A stretch of 64,000 nt of DNA from Oikopleura dioica (lineage: Eukaryota; Animalia; Chordata). The stretch is from positions 1,860,001 to 1,924,000 of the forward strand of contig OU015568.1 in the NCBI GenBank assembly GCA_907165135.1, read 5' to 3'. This document shows positions 57,691 to 64,000 of the stretch, piece by piece (the first letter of the stretch is position 1; every line of letters begins with the position of its first letter). The position numbers and the translations under genes are program-made. Below the pieces are notes generated by a model, which saw only the letters and a list, made by a program, of their open reading frames with translations, was not told the DNA's origin and did no database searches.

Positions 57691-59640
57691 ATGGCTTCGT
57701 CGTTCGAGGTGTATTGTCATAAGTCCTCCTTGTTTTCGTCTAGCTTCAATCGCTTTGCCAAGTTCCGAGAAGAGTCGAAAGCAATCGACGTTGTCATCAA
57801 ATCTGGCCCGCTTGTATTTGAGGCCCATCAACTCGTCCTTGCCTCGGCTATTCCGTATTTTGAGACACGACTAATGTCATCATGGAAAAAGGGAGATGAA
57901 ATCTCAGTTGAGATTCCAGGAGTAGATCCAACGACAATCACCTCAGGTATCACTTCAATTTGTAATTTCGGATAATAATTCGATGAATTAGTGATTGCAT
58001 GGGCTTATACTGGCGAGATCAAACTTACAAATGAAACCGTTCAGTCGGTACTCATTGTGGCTCAATATCTCGGAATGGAACAAGTCATCACAGCTTGCTT
58101 CGATTTTATTGAGAACCACTTGAATTCGGAAAATGTTCTCGATGTCTTGCAACTAGCAGAGCAGATCTTTCGCCCCGATTTGGCGCTTCGAGCTCGGCAA
58201 TATATCGACCGACACTTTTCTGACTTTTTTCGACTTCCTGTTTGGACAAGCGCGCCTGCTGAATTGGGTAAAGTCAGCTTTTTTGCAAATTCATTATTAA
58301 AGGCTTATTTTTTTCAGTAATGAGCATTTTTGGTTCGTCTGATCTGTATGTCAAGCAAGAGGCGACTGTGTGGGCTGCCCTCAAAATCTGGCTCATGGCG
58401 AATCAATCTTGCGAGGCAAAGCTTATTTTTGAAATGCTCAGCCAAGTTCGCTTGCACCTACTTCCTCCAGAATGTCTTCGCGACGATGTCCTTACCGTCG
58501 ATTTGATTTCAAGCAACGCCAAATGCCGAGCGTTGATAGATAATGCTCTTAACCCAAATGCAAAAAACAACCGAAAGCGAAAGATTTCCGAGGAGAATGT
58601 TGAAGAAACATGTAACGAAGGCAAACTATTAACCACGAGATGGTGCTCTCACTTGGAGAATGACATTTATATTCTGACTACATTGGCCGATGGCTTTGAT
58701 TCTTATGACAATGCCCCCGACTTCTATAAAGGACAACATATGGTTGTTCGGTTTGATGCTTACTCAAAGGTAGAGTCATTCTTTTAATAGAATAAATAAA
58801 GTTTCGGTAAGAAATGTGAGCCAATGGCACCGATGAAGCGGTTTCGTCAAAATTATGCGGTAGCTGTCTTGAATGGAATGATCTACGCGCTAGGTGGAAA
58901 CGATTCCAACGTAGTAGAGCGATACGACCCTCGAACGAACAAATGGGAATTCGTTGCTAATATGCTGTGCTCGGACCGACTGTGGCCGGCATGCACAGTT
59001 ATGAATGGCCGTATCTATGTGTTTGGTGAAAATGGAAAAGAATCAGCCCTCAACGAATGTTACGACCCAAAAAATAACGCCTGGGAAGAAGTGCCTGCTA
59101 TGCAAGTTCCTCGAAGCGCTGCAGCAGCAGTTTGCTTTGAGGAAAAATATATATTACTGGAGGAATTGTCTACGGCAATGGAGGTGAGGAATGGCTTGAT
59201 TCCATGGAAGTTTTTGACGGAAAGGAATGGACGAAAGCTCCGCCAATGCTGAGTCTTCGATCTGATCACGGAAGCCTGGTCTATCATAGAAAGCTTTGGG
59301 TTATCGGCGGTGATAACGGCCCCACCACGATGCGAGATTGTGAACAATTTGATTTTGCCTCTGAGCAATGGACACGCGTTCAGGTTGAAAGACATTATCA
59401 AATGCGGTCAAAATTTTATTTCATTTTTAGTTTCTAAACTCTGCGCGATCTTCCGTCGGCGTCGCTTTATCAGCAAACCGAATCTATGTATTCGATGGCG
59501 ACGATGGAGAAGGCGACTCGTTCGAAATTTATGATCCCGAAAAGGGCTGGTCTTCCTCGAATTATACGAACCGGAGGCCACCAGGAATAGGTGTTCAAGT
59601 TGCTGTTATTCCGAAGAATTGCGCTTCTCTTCAATGTTGA
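57691..59640 (+). CDS. KLHL-like paralog 3 with a 1-nt frameshift (pseudogene or assembly error)
   Basis: Co-linear with paralog 1. At ~59141, gaggaaaaatat lacks one base relative to the EGKIYITGG frame of paralog 1. Confidence 0.75.
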
Positions 59641-59734
59641 GAAATTAATTGATAAATTATCCTGCTCTTTTTTTCTGCCATCATTGACTTAACAATTATT
59701 TTTATTGAAAATTAAGTATTTTTGCAGAATTTCA

Positions 59735-60910
59735 CTAAACCAATTGACTCCACTGTTTTTCTCTCACAAAATCAACGAGCTCTAATTCTGGCATCACCAT
59801 GAGTCGACAAGTCTCGTTCCTTTTCCCTTCTTCAGAAAGCTGAAAACCCTTCATTTTCAGCCCATTATATTTAGTCGTCGGTCCGAGATCATTATCCTTC
59901 AAACATGTTCGATGTATCTCATCTAATTTCATTTCTAGTTCTTTCAGATCATTTTCGAAATTTTCAAGTCTCTCGATTTTTCTCCAAAATGTTTTGTTGA
60001 AACGGTCGTAGATAGCGGTATCGAAAAAATTCCAATTTCTCATTTTTTCTTTTAAATTTTCATCAAGTGATCTCTTGTCTTTTCTCGCATTGTTGGTAAA
60101 GTAAAGGAGATCGCCCCAGCTCCAGCATAGCTCGTTTCGGAGGAGAACCATCGATTCCTTGAAATAATCGGAAATAAGGACAAGATCGAAGTTGTTTTCC
60201 ATCGATTCTAGCGCTTCTTCTATTGCATTTTCGTCTAAGTGATTGAAACCAAGGTCGAAAGCCATGTGATTCTGTTGAAAAACGAGGTTCAAATCGGACT
60301 CGTGCCAAATCGTCTTGTTTATTGGATAATCTTTTTCAGTGTATTTTTTCGGATTTGAATAGAATTCTTCCAGAGAGCCAGCTTCTTGAAACGCGGTCGT
60401 GATGTCGTTCATATAACTGAAGGTGCTTTCGTAGAGGCCAGGGATATCACGAATGATGGTGATGGTTTTTGCATTCGAAATGCTGGTGTAAAGGCTTTCG
60501 GATGCTCGAAGATGATTTGCGATGATCTTTGGAGTTTTTCCGTTCTCAAGTGGTCGAATAAAAGACGGATTAAAAGACCTTGGATAGTTGAATCGGTTTT
60601 TTCGACCGATCGGAATCCCTATCGGAAGGTGATTCTTGAGACCGTTGCGAAAAAAGATATTTTGCATGGTCGAAGAGGCAGTTTTATGCGTCTTCAAAAA
60701 GATAATTTTATCAACAGGTGAGCATTTGTTTGAATTCTTTCGTACTGTTTTCTCTTTTCTTGGAACTTTTTCCTCCAAGAAGAAACTGAAACTGCTGCTA
60801 TTTAGTTAAATTTTAAAAATAAATTACCTCTCATCGAAACCAATTGACGCAACAAGCAATAACATCAAAAGTAAGCTATTTAAAACCAAATTATCAAGAC
60901 TTCTCCTCAT
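59735..60910 (-). CDS. Galactose-3-O-sulfotransferase-like (Gal3ST)
   Basis: TM exon (MRRSLDNLVLNSLLLMLLLVASIG) followed by IIFLKTHKTASSTMQNIF, QNHMAFDLG, FDLVLISDYFKESMVLL and WNFFDTAIYDRFNKTFW. Confidence 0.9.
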
Positions 60911-61141
60911 TATTTTCTCTTAAAAACTCTCTAGGATCAAAATTCGACTTTTCGAAAAAATTTTTTCTTGGGATTTTTACTTGAGTGAAATGACATGGAA
61001 TCGCTTAGGGGGGTTCGGAGCTGTCCTTGTTCTGTATAAACAATTCAATTCACTATAAAATCTATTACTATCGGTCCCATCAATGGTTCCGCAAAGAAAG
61101 GCTTAGAGTAAATCAAATTTGAATTCGATTTCTTCAAAATT

Positions 61142-61537
61142 TTATTTCAGAAAATTTCCAATAAATCCCATTTCGCTCCCTTCGTGATGCTCCTTTGTCA
61201 AATCTTCTATTGTTTCTTCCAGCTCGCTGAAAAAAGAACAGAATTCAAGACCGTTAATTTTAAGTTTATTACATACACTTCTTGTTGATGAAGAATCTCA
61301 GTTGCGAGGACCAAGTTGCAGATTTTCTCAATGCCCGCCATGTCCATCTTTTTCAGGTCGTACCTTTTGGTCATTGCTAAAAAATAATAAATTTTCAATG
61401 AAATTTTAGTTTTGTAAAATTGATTTACCAATGCAATTGATGTACATTCCATTTAAATCGTAGATATTAGGATTTCCATGACGAGAAAAAGAATGTGCAA
61501 ATGTGAAGAAAAGGAAAATTGAGGAAAAAGATTTCAT
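61142..61537 (-). CDS. Small secreted protein (~97 aa)
   Basis: Signal peptide MKSFSSIFLFFTFAHS. Two GT-AG introns join ...NCIAMTKRYDLKK...KICNLVLAT...GFIGNFLK*. Confidence 0.55.
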
Positions 61538-61814
61538 TTTTCGTTCTAAGTTCTAACTTGATTGTGAGCCCTGAAAAAGTTTCGTTGTATATATACTTTA
61601 GAAGGAGTAGATAAATAATACACAACACTTTATTGGTTAACCGTGGCAAGTGCGTCTGTCAGTAAGTGTTTTAAGAATGCTACACGTGCTTATTCGGCTG
61701 CCAACGGGCCCTCGAAACTTGAATAAACAGGTGTACCAAAGTATAAAGTTATTAACAGGGGAAATCACAAATAATTGAGCATTTCTTTGCGCTTAGCAGA
61801 GTAAGCATATAATA

Positions 61815-61869
61815 CAATTTTAGAAAGCCCAGAAGCTGAGGATCATTTTGACTATTGATACCGGGGGAG
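61815..61869 (+). repeat. Dispersed repeat fragment, copy 2
   Basis: aattttagaaagccc...gatcattttgactattgataccgggggag, similar to 30297-30351. Confidence 0.6.
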
Positions 61870-62236
61870 ATCTTGTACCCTGAGGGCATCTAGGTACCTC
61901 CAAAGTCCCGAAATCTTGCCAACTTCGGAAATTTGAATTTTTGGGTGCCTTTTGTGAAAAAGTACTAAATTTTTGTCAAGTTCCCAACTTCAAGAGCCTC
62001 TAGCTCCTCAGGACTTTACTTTTAGCTGGGGAAATATCTTTGACACAAGTTGACATAATTTGAATACAAGAATCAACGAAAAGATGAACAAAACTAATCA
62101 TTTAGCGAAAAAAGTAAAGACGTACGATTCGTGTCGTCGCGTCTTGGAAATGTCAAGTTTTCAGCGGTGAATACCTAATAATATTCGTGCCAAGTATAAA
62201 TTGGTGAAAGTTCTTTTAAATTTAACCTCTCGAAAG

Positions 62237-62641
62237 ATGAAAATTGTCGCATTTTTATTCTGTCTTGTTTCTTGTAAGGAAAAGACCTAAATTTCAAGCA
62301 ACCAAGACAAAATAAGAGTAACTAAAAATTTACTTCTAGGCCAGGGCCTCTACGGCGATTTCATCCGGGCAATGCAGGGAGGCCACCATGACAAACAGCA
62401 CAAGGTCGACTTCAAAAAGCGCAACTACGGGCCCCACGAGAACGTCGACAGATTCGACATGATGCTGAACGATTGTCTCGACAAGGCGTTCGCTTCGAAC
62501 AACCTTGACATTGGTCTCGACAAGTTCCTTAGTTTCATGAACAAATGCGAGGCGGAAGTGCTCGCAACCGTCGCAGGAAAAGTCTTAGCAGATGTAAAAG
62601 AGCACAAGGTCGATTCACTTTCTATTATGGGAATCATGTAA
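62237..62641 (+). CDS. Small secreted protein with a KKR site
   Basis: Signal peptide MKIVAFLFCLVSC. One GT-AG intron joins it to ORF 62372. Confidence 0.7.
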
Positions 62642-62800
62642 TGAACAAGAATAAAGATTGAATAAGACGATTAAAGCCGATCTGGACTGAAAAAAATGAC
62701 AACTAGTAATAACTCATCATGACAAAAAAATCTTCTTTCTTCAATAAAAATTGCAGTAATAAAAGTTTATTATAAAAATGAAAGGAGAATGCCTTCTTAA

Positions 62801-63610
62801 TTATGTTTCAATTACGGTTACGTCGGATTTCGATTTCGGTGCGCATTTTTCTTCACTAAGATTATTGTTAACATAATTTGTGATACGGTATCACTGATAC
62901 CCTAGTTATCTTACCATTCATTTCTCTGTCCACTGGAAGCCACGACCCATGAAATAGTTCCGGAGAGTGAAAGAAGAACAGAAACGATGATAAATGTCGT
63001 TCTGGGCTTTTCAGGGAGGTCAAGTGCGACGAGATAGTGACAAATTACAGCAACGGACGAAAAGGCAAAAATGCAAATTTGAGTTGGTTTTACTTTCGTC
63101 CACCATTTCTTTCAACGGCTTTTCAAGAAAAAAGAAAATGATGATTTGTTTTTATTGTTATGCCGATCCTTTGGGTATCTAGGCCAGTTTTCAATCGGGT
63201 ACCAGAATCCTGTTTGTCTAAAAAGAATATTGCCAAAAATAAAAAATTAGTTACTTACGCGTATGTCACCACCGGGCCAGTTTGCAGCCAAGTCCAGCCC
63301 ATTTTGGCCAATGGTGTATCAGTTTCCTTTACATTGAAATAATTCACCAGCGTCAGAATAAACGCTCCCGTGTTCATCAATGTTACCATCATTGACAGGA
63401 TAAAGTATGTCTTTCTGAACGAAAATCATCGAAAAGACCATTGAAAAAGTCTTACTTTGAAAATTCTGGGATCATCTTGCCTCGGAAAGATCAACTCTTG
63501 AATGATAGAAATCAAGGTGCCGAGGCGCCAGGTGAGCTTTTTGAGAACAATGATGGTTCCATGGAGAGCGGTTTTTGCGGTCGGCTCACTTGAAGGCCTC
63601 TCACAAAGGT
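62801..63610 (-). CDS. Multi-pass membrane protein, unknown (5' end uncertain)
   Basis: GT-AG-bounded exons encode hydrophobic segments YFILSMMVTLMNTGAFILTLV, SVAVICHYLVAL and TFIIVSVLLSLSGTISWVVA. Confidence 0.4.
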
Positions 63611-63962
63611 AAAGTAACGGAAGACTGTATAAAGCTTCTACTTAGCAAAAGAATTTTCTAGAACGAGAGAGAATGTTCTGAAATTCAAACCTTTCAAAAA
63701 TTATATACCGGTAATATAATTATCGCTGCCAATATAAACTTTTTACGCTTGATTTGATCAACACAGCACGCACGACTGATCCCCTATCACTTCTTTTCGT
63801 ATAAACGCCGCTATTCTTATTTCCATGTTCATTTGAAATGATCGTTAGGTTTACCCTTCTCCTTTTAACGGGAAGTTTTGCAATAGAATTGGACCTAAGC
63901 AAAAGCGAGGAAGAATGCCTTGATAGATTCATCAAGAAACGATCACTAGAGATATATTACAG

Positions 63963-64000
63963 GGATAAAAAACAAACTTGGGATGAAGCTCGCAATGAAT
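63963..64000 (+). CDS. Possible start of a C-type lectin domain exon (truncated by the window edge)
   Basis: After acceptor ttacag the frame reads DKKQTWDEARNE, matching the CTL 'xTWxEAxxxC' pattern. Confidence 0.35.

Noticed and set aside
52786-57874. Repeated MFQKHL... ORFs (52786, 54985, 57623)
   Set aside because: Alternate-frame shadows of the duplicated KLHL 5' region with non-ATG starts.
9412-60910. Two sulfotransferases plus mucin-like proteins as a sulfated-glycan gene cluster
   Set aside because: The genes are ~50 kb apart with unrelated genes between, so there is no evidence of clustering.
1-64000. tRNA, rRNA, SL RNA or autonomous transposase/retroelement ORFs
   Set aside because: No cloverleaf, rRNA-like, RT or DDE signatures seen by eye. 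tRNAscan-SE, Infernal and RepeatMasker would be needed to exclude them.

Overview
This is a eukaryotic animal genomic window with very compact genes, mostly ~40-60 nt introns and many non-canonical GA-AG/GC-AG introns. These features best fit the larvacean tunicate Oikopleura (dioica-like); the organism call is an inference. All gene models were spliced by hand and are untested. Recognisable genes: nucleoside hydrolase, BK-channel beta-subunit-like protein, heparan-sulfate 3-O-sulfotransferase-like, FLVCR transporter, kinase fused to a papain-like peptidase, GAS2-like gene with a nested EF-hand gene, a trefoil-domain secreted protein, C1-THF synthase (MTHFD1), A20/AN1 zinc finger (ZFAND5/6), three tandem BTB-BACK-Kelch paralogs (one broken, one frameshifted) and a Gal3ST-like sulfotransferase. 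There are also many orphan secreted proteins. Four non-autonomous DNA transposons lie in introns (two TTAA-flanked, two CAGGG-ended), along with several small hairpins. The strongest lead concerns the non-GT introns. They repeatedly show base-pairing between their first ~12 nt and the segment just upstream of the acceptor. Two predicted GC-AG introns in unrelated genes share the same terminal inverted repeat, which also occurs inside a MITE. This suggests structure-guided splicing and/or an Introner-like intron family. I found no rRNA, tRNA or CRISPR array.
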